Assembly (NCBI GenBank): GCA_041665945.1
Contig: JBAYHU010000002.1
Coordinates: 107,350 to 171,349 of the forward strand
Direction: 5' to 3'
DNA length: 64,000 bases
DNA from: Candidatus Micrarchaeia archaeon
GTDB lineage: Archaea > Micrarchaeota > Micrarchaeia > Anstonellales > Anstonellaceae
The translations under genes and the position numbers were made by a program. Under the pieces are notes generated by a model, which was given only the letters and a program-made list of their open reading frames with translations, had not been told where the DNA came from and searched no databases. Position 1 is the first letter of the stretch, and every line of letters begins with the position of its first letter. Below are positions 46,518-57,457 of this stretch, piece by piece.

Positions 46518-46682
46518 TCAGAGGATCTTGAGGACCTTGGTGCCGCCGCTCACGTTCACGCGGGAGCCGGTCGGGGACGCAAGCTCAAGCCCGCAGACAA
46601 GGCAGGAGACCTTGCGGCTCGCGTGGCCGAAGATGTTCTGCTCGTTTCCGCAGGCGCATTTCACTCTCAGGAATTTGCTCAT
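46518..46682 (-). CDS. rps27e: 30S ribosomal protein eS27 (54 aa, not in ORF track)
   Basis: Own translation: MSKFLRVKCACGNEQNIFGHASRKVSCLVCGLELASPTGSRVNVSGGTKVLKIL*. Confidence 0.95.
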   Translation of the reverse strand: MSKFLRVKCACGNEQNIFGHASRKVSCLVCGLELASPTGSRVNVSGGTKVLKIL

Positions 46683-46706
46683 AAAAATACCTCGTTATAC
46701 CGAATC

Positions 46707-46988
46707 TTACGTGCTCAGTTCGAGCTTCTTCTTCGTGCGTGTCCCGATGACGCGCTCCTGCTTCTTCTTGCAGATGCTGCATTCAAGGATGATTTTCTGG
46801 CGCTTGCCCTGCTTTTTCACCGACTTTTCACCGGCGCGCTTTCCTCCGTGCCCGACGAGTTTCCTCTCGTGCTTGCGGTTTCCCATTGCGAGCGGGCGTG
46901 CCTTGCCCTTGGACGCGAGCTTCACCTTGTGGGGCGCGTGCTTGCGGCACTTGGGGCAGTATGCGTTCACTTCTTTTGGATATTTCAT
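46707..46988 (-). CDS. rpl44e: 50S ribosomal protein eL42 (L44e)
   Basis: YCPKCRKH..HKV, GHGG, LECSIC. Confidence 0.95.
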   Translation of the reverse strand: MKYPKEVNAYCPKCRKHAPHKVKLASKGKARPLAMGNRKHERKLVGHGGKRAGEKSVKKQGKRQKIILECSICKKKQERVIGTRTKKKLELST

Positions 46989-47024
46989 ATTAACACTCCT
47001 AAAACGCCTGCAATCTAAAGGGCG

Positions 47025-47642
47025 TTATTCGAGGGATTCCGCGAGCTTCCCGCGCGTGAGCCACTCGGCTTCGCTTGTCGGGAGCTGCCCCTCCTCGCCG
47101 GGCTTGAAGGGGCCCAAAGTCTCGTTATTGGGGCCCTTATACGCCGGCACCTCTTTTAGAAACCTCACTTTTTTAAGGCTGCTGGCGGGCGCAACGACGG
47201 AGGCGCCTTTTTGGGCGTCAATCGCGGCTTTCGCCCCGCTCTCCTCGCGGCGCTGGTTTGGCGTCTTTTTCTTGCTCTCGTACTGCAGAAGAAGCGTCTC
47301 AAGCCCCGATCGGGCATCCTCGATTACCGCGCAGAAGCGGTCGTAAAGCTCGTGCTCGTCCTTTGTCATCAAATCCGTGCCCGTGTGCGCTCCGCCGTTC
47401 CTTATTGCCTTGAAAAGTATCTTCTGCTGACGGATTGTCGATATTTCGCGGATTATTGCCACCGCGTTCTCGAATTCGCGCATCTGCATTACCGAGCGGC
47501 TGGATTCCATTTCAGTGAAGCGTGTCGAGAGGAAAGCCGAAATATCTGTGTAGAAGTCAGGCGGGAGCGAAACGAGGCTGGGCTGGACCTTCTCTTCCCG
47601 CGCCAAATCGCGCAATCTCTTGTAAGTAAGTTCTTCTGACAT
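47025..47642 (-). CDS. GINS complex subunit (Gins51-like)
   Basis: L..LPPDFY, R.QKI, VRFLKEVPAY.G.....GPF; next to priS. Confidence 0.85.
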   Translation of the reverse strand: MSEELTYKRLRDLAREEKVQPSLVSLPPDFYTDISAFLSTRFTEMESSRSVMQMREFENAVAIIREISTIRQQKILFKAIRNGGAHTGTDLMTKDEHELYDRFCAVIEDARSGLETLLLQYESKKKTPNQRREESGAKAAIDAQKGASVVAPASSLKKVRFLKEVPAYKGPNNETLGPFKPGEEGQLPTSEAEWLTRGKLAESLE

Positions 47643-47728
47643 GCGCCCTCCCGTATTTTTCCTATTGAATAAGTATAAAAATCGAACTGAGCCGGCGTGA
47701 GAGGCGCACAGGAAGAGGAGTTTTTACG

Positions 47729-47938
47729 TCAGTAAGTGTCCAAATACTTCCTGTTCGGATACGGATAGAGGATGCCCTCGAAGTTGCTGCTCTGGGACGG
47801 CTTGAACCTTTCCATTTCCATCTTCACAAGTTCGGTGCGGTCCCCGGCAAGGCATGAGACGTTTCTTATCTCATCCTTGAAGGGGCGACGGAAGGGAACC
47901 AGTTTCGGCGGCGCTGTGTTTTTCACTATTTTCACCAT
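47729..47938 (-). CDS. Small hypothetical protein
   Basis: 69-aa ORF between priS and GINS. Confidence 0.4.
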   Translation of the reverse strand: MVKIVKNTAPPKLVPFRRPFKDEIRNVSCLAGDRTELVKMEMERFKPSQSSNFEGILYPYPNRKYLDTY

Positions 47939-47985
47939 AAAAACCACAAAATAATCGGCAGGATAGTTTTTATTAAACCTGCAGT

Positions 47986-49092
47986 TCAGGCGAGGATTGC
48001 GGCTTTTTTGCAGAGAAGATAGACCGCGGATGCCATCGGAAGCTCAAGCGTGAGCCCTGCTGCAAGATGCTCGGGGACAAGGTGCGGCACTTCAGGGACT
48101 TCCTCGGTTGTCTTCACCCGAAGCGTGCCGCTCGTGAAAATCTGCGCGGACTTCATCGGGTCAAAGCCCTTCAATTCGGATGCTTCCATGCGCTTTGCAG
48201 CCAAGCCGCTGCCGCCGTGTATGGAGTCGGGCATGCGGATAAGCTTTGATGTGTCCGCAGTCACGTTGGCGTCAATCCTTCCTGCGAGCGTGAGCTTCAT
48301 CTGGTCGAACTTTTCCTGCAGTTTTTTCTCGCGGTTGGTGATGCCTATGTTGTCCCAGTTGCCGTTTTCGATTGCGGACTTGAGTTTTGCCCGCTCCTCC
48401 GGCTTTTTGAGCTTGCGGGAAACGGAAAGCGCGAATTTGTCGTCGTTGAGCTTTTCGACATAGGCGCGGGCGAATTTGCCGCCATACCCCCCCTGCGAGG
48501 GATTGGGACCGAGGAATTTCTTCCCATCCGCCCAGAACAAACGGGTGAACTCCAACCCTGTGCCTGTGACATAGTCTGCCACTTCGCGCCGCGCGTCGCG
48601 GTCAAGCTCTTTTACGGCATCGGAGCGCACATGCACGTGGTAGCCGCGGCTCCCTGAGAAATTGATTGAAAGCTCGCTTTTTGAAAATCCGAAGTCGGAG
48701 AGAAGGAAGTCGTTTATGAGCTGGAGCGCCTCCTCTTTCACCTTGTCCATGCAGTGCTGGCAGGTGAATTTGCCGCAGCTGTGCCCTTCGGCGTCGAGGT
48801 CGAAAATCAGGTCTGCGCCGAGCCAATTTTTCCTCACCATGGGGCGGGCATCGGGAAATTCGTAGTAGCCGACCGAGTGCGAGACGTAAAGCGGGGCTTC
48901 GGAAACGAGCTTCGCGCGCAGCTGTTCCTCGTTTTTCACTCCGATGTGGCGGAATTCGATTTTCTTTTCCCAGCCGCCGAAGCCGAACTCGCGCTTTTCC
49001 GGGGAAACGACACTTATGCCGCCGTGCTTGTAGTGCTCGGAGAATATTTTCCTGAGGAATTTCTCTTCCGGAGATTGGAGTGTTTGGCTCAT
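47986..49092 (-). CDS. priS: DNA primase small subunit
   Basis: REFGF, GADLIFDLD, FSGSRGYHVH, IDANVT.D..KLIRMP.SIHG. Confidence 0.95.
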   Translation of the reverse strand: MSQTLQSPEEKFLRKIFSEHYKHGGISVVSPEKREFGFGGWEKKIEFRHIGVKNEEQLRAKLVSEAPLYVSHSVGYYEFPDARPMVRKNWLGADLIFDLDAEGHSCGKFTCQHCMDKVKEEALQLINDFLLSDFGFSKSELSINFSGSRGYHVHVRSDAVKELDRDARREVADYVTGTGLEFTRLFWADGKKFLGPNPSQGGYGGKFARAYVEKLNDDKFALSVSRKLKKPEERAKLKSAIENGNWDNIGITNREKKLQEKFDQMKLTLAGRIDANVTADTSKLIRMPDSIHGGSGLAAKRMEASELKGFDPMKSAQIFTSGTLRVKTTEEVPEVPHLVPEHLAAGLTLELPMASAVYLLCKKAAILA

Positions 49093-50072
49093 GGCTTTTC
49101 ACTTCCCTTGTTCTCTTCTTCCATTCGCTTGAGGCGCCTGCCATGTATTTCCTGCCTGAAGTTCAGTGGCGTTCCGCAGTGGCACTCCGCTACGCACGCG
49201 CCGTAGCTGTCCATCGTCGAGCAGGAGGGCATGTTGTATTTCCTCGCGCGGATGTGCTCCACCTGATAGCGGGTTGTCTTTTCGTTGAAGTCAGGCGCGT
49301 GGCGGAAAAATTCCACGATTTTGTCTGTTGTAAGCCCGACGTTCACGAGGTAGATGGCAAGCGCCACCCTGCCGGTGTGCGGCACGTTGATGTTCAGCGC
49401 GAGCTCCTCAATCATCTTCGTAATGCACGGGGGATATCCTTCCTGCCCCACGCGGATAAGCGCTGTTTCGAGCTTGGGAAGGATTGATAGTATCCTTGCG
49501 CCAGCCGCCTTGACTTCGGGCTGGAATTCCGCCCTTATGGGAAGGGATGATTCGGTGCGCTTTTTCACAGCTTCCTCAAGAATGCGGAGCCGCTCCATTT
49601 TCTTCACGCGCACCTTGCCGCCAGATACTTCACGGTTGGAGAGCTTGTAGTCAATCGAGCGGGGGGTGTAGGCAAGATAGCCGGAAAGCGGGAGGGCATA
49701 CCACTCGCCGGACTTTTCGAATTTCACGCCGAATTCGGATGCCACTTCGTCAATGAAGGCGGGGCGGGAGGCGTCGTCGGAATTGAGGTATTCCCTTGCG
49801 CGCTTCGCCTCTGCGACGGCATAGCGGTTGATGAGATAGCGGTTGTTCGCGGAAGAGATTATCATGCGGGAAGCCGCGTAGAGCGCGAGCTCCTCTTCCA
49901 TGGTGTCGGGAAGCTCGGCAACTCGGCGTATTTTGCCGTCAAGCACCGCTTCTTTCACCCGCGCTTCCGCCTTGTCAAGGATGGAAGAAGTGAGTTCAAG
50001 CCCCTTTCCTGAAACGTATTCCTTTGCCTGGCGAGAGAAAGGGTAATGTGAGCAGAAAACCAAATCCGCCAT
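49089..50072 (-). CDS. priL: DNA primase large subunit
   Basis: HYPF, YPPCI, PDFNE..TRYQVEHI, Y.MPSC.TM...C Fe-S domain. Confidence 0.92.
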   Translation of the reverse strand: MADLVFCSHYPFSRQAKEYVSGKGLELTSSILDKAEARVKEAVLDGKIRRVAELPDTMEEELALYAASRMIISSANNRYLINRYAVAEAKRAREYLNSDDASRPAFIDEVASEFGVKFEKSGEWYALPLSGYLAYTPRSIDYKLSNREVSGGKVRVKKMERLRILEEAVKKRTESSLPIRAEFQPEVKAAGARILSILPKLETALIRVGQEGYPPCITKMIEELALNINVPHTGRVALAIYLVNVGLTTDKIVEFFRHAPDFNEKTTRYQVEHIRARKYNMPSCSTMDSYGACVAECHCGTPLNFRQEIHGRRLKRMEEENKGSEKP

Positions 50073-50143
50073 GGCGACCGGATTATTCTTTGCTTTTGTG
50101 TTTAAAAAATCAAGGTAAGGATGATACCGCTGAAGAAGTAGGA

Positions 50144-50235
50144 AGCCCCCGACGAGCGACAACACGAAGTGTTGTCGCGATTTTGACCCGCAGGTCAAAA
50201 CGGGGGCTCGAACCGCAGTGAGAGCCCCCGACGAG
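50144..50235. repeat. Duplication of the tRNA-Thr 3' end with an inverted copy and GA-flanked hairpins
   Basis: AGCCCCCGACGAG at 50144 and 50223; inverted CGGGGGCTC at 50201; hairpins at 50156-50178 and 50181-50200. Confidence 0.88.
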
Positions 50236-50294
50236 GATTGAACTCGTGACCTCGTGCTTACCATGCACGCGCTCTACCGCTGAGCTACAGGGGC
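50223..50294 (-). tRNA. tRNA-Thr(GGT), no intron, CCA not encoded
   Basis: Reverse complement GCCCCTGTAGCTCAGCGGTAGAGCGCGTGCATGGTAAGCACGAGGTCACGAGTTCAATCCTCGTCGGGGGCT folds as a cloverleaf; anticodon loop AT-GGT-AA. Confidence 0.96.
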
Positions 50295-50295
50295 A

Positions 50296-50375
50296 TGGAA
50301 AATTTCCTCAGAAATTTTCCAGTATTCGAGCCGCAGCTCGAATCTGATTTACAAAATCCCGCAGGATTTTGTAAA
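50296..50375. repeat. Three back-to-back perfect hairpins
   Basis: TGGAAAATTTC-ctca-GAAATTTTCCA; ATTCGAGC-cgca-GCTCGAAT; TTTACAAAATCC-cgca-GGATTTTGTAAA. Confidence 0.85.
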
Positions 50376-50383
50376 ATTGACGC

Positions 50384-52775
<2,392 letters not shown>

Positions 52776-52783
52776 GAAAGCAC

Positions 52784-53143
52784 CTATCTTAGCCTGTTTT
52801 CCTTGATTGCCTTCTCAAGGATTGCGCGAAGCTCGTCGAAGCGCGGGCGGAGCTTGTCCTCCTGCTTGGTAAGGACGGTTATGCGCATTTCGAAAAGCTC
52901 CTTCTTGCCCTTCAGGTCGGCGTTGGCGTCGGCCTTGGTGGTCTCCATAAGCAGGGGGCCGACTGCGCGGTAAATGGTGCCTTTTTCAGCCTTGCCGAGT
53001 TCCTCCTCTGCCATCTTGAGTTCCTCGACTTGGAGAGAGAGTTGCTGCCTTTGGGCGGTCACGAACTGGAGCTGCCTTTGCGTCTCCTGGAATTCGGTAA
53101 GCTGCTTCTGGAGTTCATCAGGGTTGCGGAGCGGTTCTGCCAT
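52784..53143 (-). CDS. pfdB: Prefoldin beta subunit
   Basis: Coiled coils around IYRAVGPLL; superoperon position. Confidence 0.92.
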   Translation of the reverse strand: MAEPLRNPDELQKQLTEFQETQRQLQFVTAQRQQLSLQVEELKMAEEELGKAEKGTIYRAVGPLLMETTKADANADLKGKKELFEMRITVLTKQEDKLRPRFDELRAILEKAIKENRLR

Positions 53144-53158
53144 CAATATCACCTTTGC

Positions 53159-53437
53159 TTAATCTTTTTCTATGTCTTGCTCAACAGTTTTAATGATATG
53201 CATCAGCCGGAGATAGGAATTTATCGAGGCGCGAAGCGACACAGGGTCGTCCGCCTTTATCTCCACGCGCACGGTTTTTCCGGACAGGAAAACCTTCGAG
53301 CCGCCGCGGTGCGAGAAGTCCGCCTCCTGCAATAATGCGTCATAAGCCGCTTTTGAGGAGCGGGCGGAATCGAATGTGAGGGAAAGGGACGCGGCGCCCG
53401 TTACTTTCCGGGCTTTGGTTGCCTTTTCATTTTTCAT
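53159..53437 (-). CDS. pcc1: KEOPS subunit Pcc1
   Basis: IKADDPVSLRASINSYLRL. Confidence 0.88.
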   Translation of the reverse strand: MKNEKATKARKVTGAASLSLTFDSARSSKAAYDALLQEADFSHRGGSKVFLSGKTVRVEIKADDPVSLRASINSYLRLMHIIKTVEQDIEKD

Positions 53438-53909
53438 ATGAAACGCCAAGCGAGAGAATCTTCTTTTTGCCGACTGAAATCGAAAGCGCGCGTGCGCCAG
53501 CGGTTATCTTCGAGCCGGCTTCTTCATCCTGCGAATTGCGGGGAGACAGGAGGCGCGAGAGAACCTTTGCCTTTGCGCCGGAGATGGAAAGGCGGGAGGA
53601 CTGCGCAGTTTTTTTGGGCATCCTGCCCGCGGGCTTTGCGCTTGTGATTGAAATTGCCGGGGACAGCCAGCCCCACTCACCATCGTCAGCTATTTCCATG
53701 AAACGGATATGGGAGGGCTTGCCTGATTCGCTGTGTATCGCGCACAGGCGCGTGAAATGGAGCTTTTGCGCCCGCGTGATAAGGGAGGAAAGCGTGCGCT
53801 TGCCTCGGAATTCAACGCGGGATTCCGGCACGGCAATGCCAAACGCGAGGGCTATTGCCCTCGAAACGCGGCTGGGGTTCTTGCCGGTTGTAATCAGCAC
53901 CGGAATCAC
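53427..53909 (-). CDS. Brix/Imp4-domain ribosome biogenesis protein
   Basis: LITTGKNPS, RGKRTL, GKPS.I.F; superoperon position. Confidence 0.8.
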   Translation of the reverse strand: MIPVLITTGKNPSRVSRAIALAFGIAVPESRVEFRGKRTLSSLITRAQKLHFTRLCAIHSESGKPSHIRFMEIADDGEWGWLSPAISITSAKPAGRMPKKTAQSSRLSISGAKAKVLSRLLSPRNSQDEEAGSKITAGARALSISVGKKKILSLGVSYEK

Positions 53910-53920
53910 GTTCGCGGCGT

Positions 53921-54058
53921 TCAGTCTGTCGAGACTTCACGCGCTACGGGCTGGCGGACCTTGCAAAGCACCCTGTGCCCGCAGTACGGGCAGCGGGTGA
54001 ACTTGGTGTCCAGCTTCTCGATTTTTTTCTTGCACTTCTGGTTTGCGCAAAGATACAT
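53921..54058 (-). CDS. rpoP: RNA polymerase subunit Rpo12 (P)
   Basis: MYLC....C...RCPYCGHRVLCKVR. Confidence 0.92.
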   Translation of the reverse strand: MYLCANQKCKKKIEKLDTKFTRCPYCGHRVLCKVRQPVAREVSTD

Positions 54059-54068
54059 AGTACGACCT

Positions 54069-54311
54069 CTATTGCTTCTGCCTGTGCTCCTCAATCGTGC
54101 GCGCGGCGACTTCGCCCGCCGGCGTGGAAAGCGAGTACGTGCCGCCGGCAATCACCGAGCCGCAGGACTTGCACTCCCAGCGGGAGTTCCCCTGCCGCTT
54201 GACCTTCTTCTTGCCGCATGTCGGGCAGGTGAAAAGGGACTGGCGGAGCCTGTCTACCTTGTCGGCGCGCTTCCTCAGTTCCGCGCCCGATCTTACGTTC
54301 TTGTTTGACAT
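54069..54311 (-). CDS. rpl37ae: 50S ribosomal protein eL43 (L37ae)
   Basis: CPTCGK..VKR.G...WECKSCG...AGG.Y. Confidence 0.93.
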   Translation of the reverse strand: MSNKNVRSGAELRKRADKVDRLRQSLFTCPTCGKKKVKRQGNSRWECKSCGSVIAGGTYSLSTPAGEVAARTIEEHRQKQ

Positions 54312-54337
54312 ATTGCATCACCGTTGAAATGTTTTTC

Positions 54338-55117
54338 CTAATCGCTCTTCAGAAGCGCCCTGAGCTCCTTGCCCTTGTCAAGGGAAATCCCGTTCAGCTC
54401 GAGAATGTCCTTCTCGGTGAACGCGCCCCAGCCGCCTTTCTGCGCCGCGCAGAGGTGCGTTTCCGTGGTCGCAAGCGTGAGCCTGCAGTCCATCCCCTTC
54501 TCCTCGTCAAGCGTCGGGTCGAGGAAAATCCTGTCGCCAAGCTTTCCGAACGTGCAGGTCGTGACCATCTCCTTAACGGGCAGCTTTCCTGCGAATTCGC
54601 CGCGGATTATCTTGCCATCCTCGATTTTCGGCATCCTCGCCGCGAGAAGCGCCGCCATTGCGGCAAGCGATGACGCGTCGATAAGGTTGCCGTCGTGGTC
54701 AAGGATGAACATGTCGATGTAAAGCGCGAGCACCTTGTCCTCCGCAATGAAAAATGACTGGAGGTCGATGATGTTTGCGCTCCTGATTCCGCGGTCCACC
54801 ACGCGCGCAAGCTCGATTGACTCGTCGGAGGGCGGGCCTGTTTCGAACAGGTGCGATGCCAGCGGAAGCAGGTCTGCCGAAGTCGACAGCACGCCCTCTG
54901 TTGGGCGGTCGGCGAAGGGCTTGGCGATGTCGAACTTGATGCCCGCCATCACCTGGCTCTTGCCGATTGACGCTATTGCCGAGCCGTCCGCGTTCTGCAG
55001 GATGCCGGGCTGCATGACAATCTTGCGGTAGTCGTACATCCCGCGGTTGTCAGCGCGCCTGCCGGCAGACAGGAATGCGAGGAGGCTGTCGCGTTTTATC
55101 TCGTTTATTGGTTCCAT
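54338..55117 (-). CDS. rrp42: Exosome subunit Rrp42
   Basis: R.D.R...DYR, ELARVVDRGIR, DGNLIDA, QKGG. Confidence 0.95.
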   Translation of the reverse strand: MEPINEIKRDSLLAFLSAGRRADNRGMYDYRKIVMQPGILQNADGSAIASIGKSQVMAGIKFDIAKPFADRPTEGVLSTSADLLPLASHLFETGPPSDESIELARVVDRGIRSANIIDLQSFFIAEDKVLALYIDMFILDHDGNLIDASSLAAMAALLAARMPKIEDGKIIRGEFAGKLPVKEMVTTCTFGKLGDRIFLDPTLDEEKGMDCRLTLATTETHLCAAQKGGWGAFTEKDILELNGISLDKGKELRALLKSD

Positions 55118-55138
55118 AAATACACCTTGAAAAATTCC

Positions 55139-55906
55139 TTAATCCTTCTTCTCGATCACGAGGAACCTCTCCTCGCGCGGCTCGTCGTAGACCTTGCGGA
55201 TTGCCTCGACTTGTATTTCGCGGATTTTCGCGCTTGCGCCCTTGGCGAGCTCGAAGCCGCGTGCGAGTTCCTCGGGCGTGAGCATGCCGTCCATCTGGAA
55301 CAGCAGCACATCGCCGGTGCGGGGCGAGAACGCAATCGGCATGTCGGATTCGCCGAAGTTGTCCTCCTCCTTGCCCGGGTCGACCGCCATCTGCCCGTCT
55401 ATCTTGCAGACCGCCACCGCGTTCACGAGGTCCTTCATGGGGATTCCCGCGTCTGCGAGAGCCACTGCCGCAGCAGTTACCGCAGCGCAGCGCGTTCCGC
55501 CGTCGGACTGGAGAACCTCGAGGTAAATTTCAATCTGCGTCTTGGGGAAGTTCTCGGAAATTATGACATTCTCGAACGCTTCCTTGATGACTTTTGAGAG
55601 TTCCTTTGAGCGGCGGTTCGGCCCGCTGCGTCCGTGCTCCTCCGCGCCGGAGAAGGGCGCCATGTTGTAGCGGCACTTCACGATTGCGCGGTAGAGCGAC
55701 TGGTCGTGCCTCGGAATGCACTCCGAGGGGCCGTAGACGCCCGCGAGAATCTTGTTCTTGCCCCACTCAATGTAAGCGGAGCCGTCGGCGTCGTTCAGCA
55801 CGCGCGCGACTATCTTCAGAGGGCGCACGTCTTCCACGCTTCGCCCGTCCACGCGCTTCCCGTCCTTGAGAAGCACCGGCTTGTTTGCTGCATTTCCACC
55901 CATCAT
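55139..55906 (-). CDS. rrp41: Exosome subunit Rrp41
   Basis: RVDGR, ADGSAYIEWG, RYNMAPFS, DGGTR, QMDG. Confidence 0.96.
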   Translation of the reverse strand: MMGGNAANKPVLLKDGKRVDGRSVEDVRPLKIVARVLNDADGSAYIEWGKNKILAGVYGPSECIPRHDQSLYRAIVKCRYNMAPFSGAEEHGRSGPNRRSKELSKVIKEAFENVIISENFPKTQIEIYLEVLQSDGGTRCAAVTAAAVALADAGIPMKDLVNAVAVCKIDGQMAVDPGKEEDNFGESDMPIAFSPRTGDVLLFQMDGMLTPEELARGFELAKGASAKIREIQVEAIRKVYDEPREERFLVIEKKD

Positions 55907-55930
55907 ATCACCGTTTCAATTATGAATTTT

Positions 55931-56710
55931 TTACTGCCTGTTCGAGTTTCCCCTGTAGCCGCCGGAGTGCGGGCGCGAGCCGCCGCTCCTGTATCCGCCT
56001 TCGCGCGGGCCGCTGCTGCGGTATCCGCCCTCGCGCCTCTCGTGCTGCTCTTCCTGCGGAGGCATCTGCGGCTGCTGCGGAGCGCCTGCCCCTTGGTCGA
56101 TTATGATTTGGGGCTGGGACTTGAGGAATGCCGCAACGCGGTCGGTAAGACCAGTCGTGTGCGCCTGCGCCTCAATCATCTTCACAGCCTTCTCGGCAAG
56201 CGGGGCGTTTCCCTTGCCCGCAATCCATACGTAGCCGTTCCTGCCCGCGAATATGTCGCAGCCGGTCGTTGCCTTTATCATGTCAATCATCGAGTTTTTC
56301 TTGCCGATGATTCTAGGTATTTTCACGGATGACACCTTCACCAGCTTGCCCGGCGGAAGCTTCATCGCGTCGTTGAGTTCCGTCGAGCGGACCTCGTCAA
56401 TCATGGCGATTTTCGCGAAAAGCGCGTCGCCCATCACGTATCTCTCGCGGATTTCCCTCGAGGAGAGGAACGCGGGGTATGCGCAGTTCATTTGGACCGA
56501 GTAGCCGGAAAATTTGACTTCTGTCACGATTCCGACAACGTAGTCGTCGGGCAGCGGCTCATACGGGCCTTCGAGCGGCACGAGTTTCCCCTCGTGGTAA
56601 AGCCCGACCACCGTGGAGTAGGTTTTTCCGTTCGCCACGTACGCGTAACTTATCCTGTCGGGCTTGTCGGATATCATCTCGCCCGGCATCACGATTTTTC
56701 CTTCCATCAT
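55931..56710 (-). CDS. rrp4: Exosome cap subunit Rrp4 with extended disordered tail
   Basis: IVMPGE, S1 domain, KIPRIIGKKNSMI, GRNGYVW, AHTTGLTDR. Confidence 0.94.
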   Translation of the reverse strand: MMEGKIVMPGEMISDKPDRISYAYVANGKTYSTVVGLYHEGKLVPLEGPYEPLPDDYVVGIVTEVKFSGYSVQMNCAYPAFLSSREIRERYVMGDALFAKIAMIDEVRSTELNDAMKLPPGKLVKVSSVKIPRIIGKKNSMIDMIKATTGCDIFAGRNGYVWIAGKGNAPLAEKAVKMIEAQAHTTGLTDRVAAFLKSQPQIIIDQGAGAPQQPQMPPQEEQHERREGGYRSSGPREGGYRSGGSRPHSGGYRGNSNRQ

Positions 56711-56739
56711 ATCACCATTCTTTTCGAAATGCGAATGCC

Positions 56740-57432
56740 TTACTTCACGATTTTCGTCTCGGCCTGCCCTGCCGTTGCCTTGTTCAATCGCTCGTAGAAT
56801 TCCCCCTGCGCTCCGGCAGGCATCTCAACGACGACCACGAGGCTCCCGTCCCGCGTCCATTCCTCTTTTTGTATGCCGTAGCCCTTGAGCATCCCGTAGA
56901 TGCGCTGGGCGAACGACGGCGAAATCTTCGCGGCGATTTTCACGCGCTCGAACTTCATGGGGATTATCGGGCGCATCGCCTTGATGACGTCTTCTATTTG
57001 CTCGGCGACTTCCTTGAACGCGTCGATGTGCACGCGCGACTCCTCAAGCGCCTGTTCCAATCGCATCTGTGTGTGCGGGCCGCCCGTCCTCGGGTCGATG
57101 CACTCGCGCGCGAGGAAGGCGATTACCTGCTTCTTGCGCTCGGCCAGCATCTTGCGCTTCTGGTCGGTCGTCAGCTGCAAGTCCCCCTTCCTGAGAATCC
57201 GCTCGGCAATCACGTAAATGTCCGTGGTGCCGAACGCCTTTTGCAATGAAGAGGTCGTGTGCCGCTCGCCCTTGTGGAAGTTCTTGAAAACCTCCTCGAC
57301 GGTCAGCACGTTGTTGAGCTCTTTTTTCTGCCCGGTCTTGTACAATTGCGCAAGGTCAGGGTCGACCATTATCTCGTACCGCTCGCCGTTGATGTCCATG
57401 TGGGCGGTGATTGAGTTTTCGATGGTCGTCAT
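56740..57432 (-). CDS. Ribosome maturation factor SBDS
   Basis: GERYEIMVDP, FGTTD, QLTTDQKR, DPRT..PH...R.E.A. Confidence 0.95.
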   Translation of the reverse strand: MTTIENSITAHMDINGERYEIMVDPDLAQLYKTGQKKELNNVLTVEEVFKNFHKGERHTTSSLQKAFGTTDIYVIAERILRKGDLQLTTDQKRKMLAERKKQVIAFLARECIDPRTGGPHTQMRLEQALEESRVHIDAFKEVAEQIEDVIKAMRPIIPMKFERVKIAAKISPSFAQRIYGMLKGYGIQKEEWTRDGSLVVVVEMPAGAQGEFYERLNKATAGQAETKIVK

Positions 57433-57457
57433 CGCATCATCTTTTTGCGCGGCGCGC

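Noticed and set aside
50144-50222. Prophage or integrative element at tRNA-Thr
   Set aside because: Only 66 bp lie between the duplicated ends and no integrase is nearby; at most a scar.
50073-50264. N-terminal extension of priL
   Set aside because: It runs through the tRNA and the hairpin repeat; ATG 50072 matches normal PriL starts.
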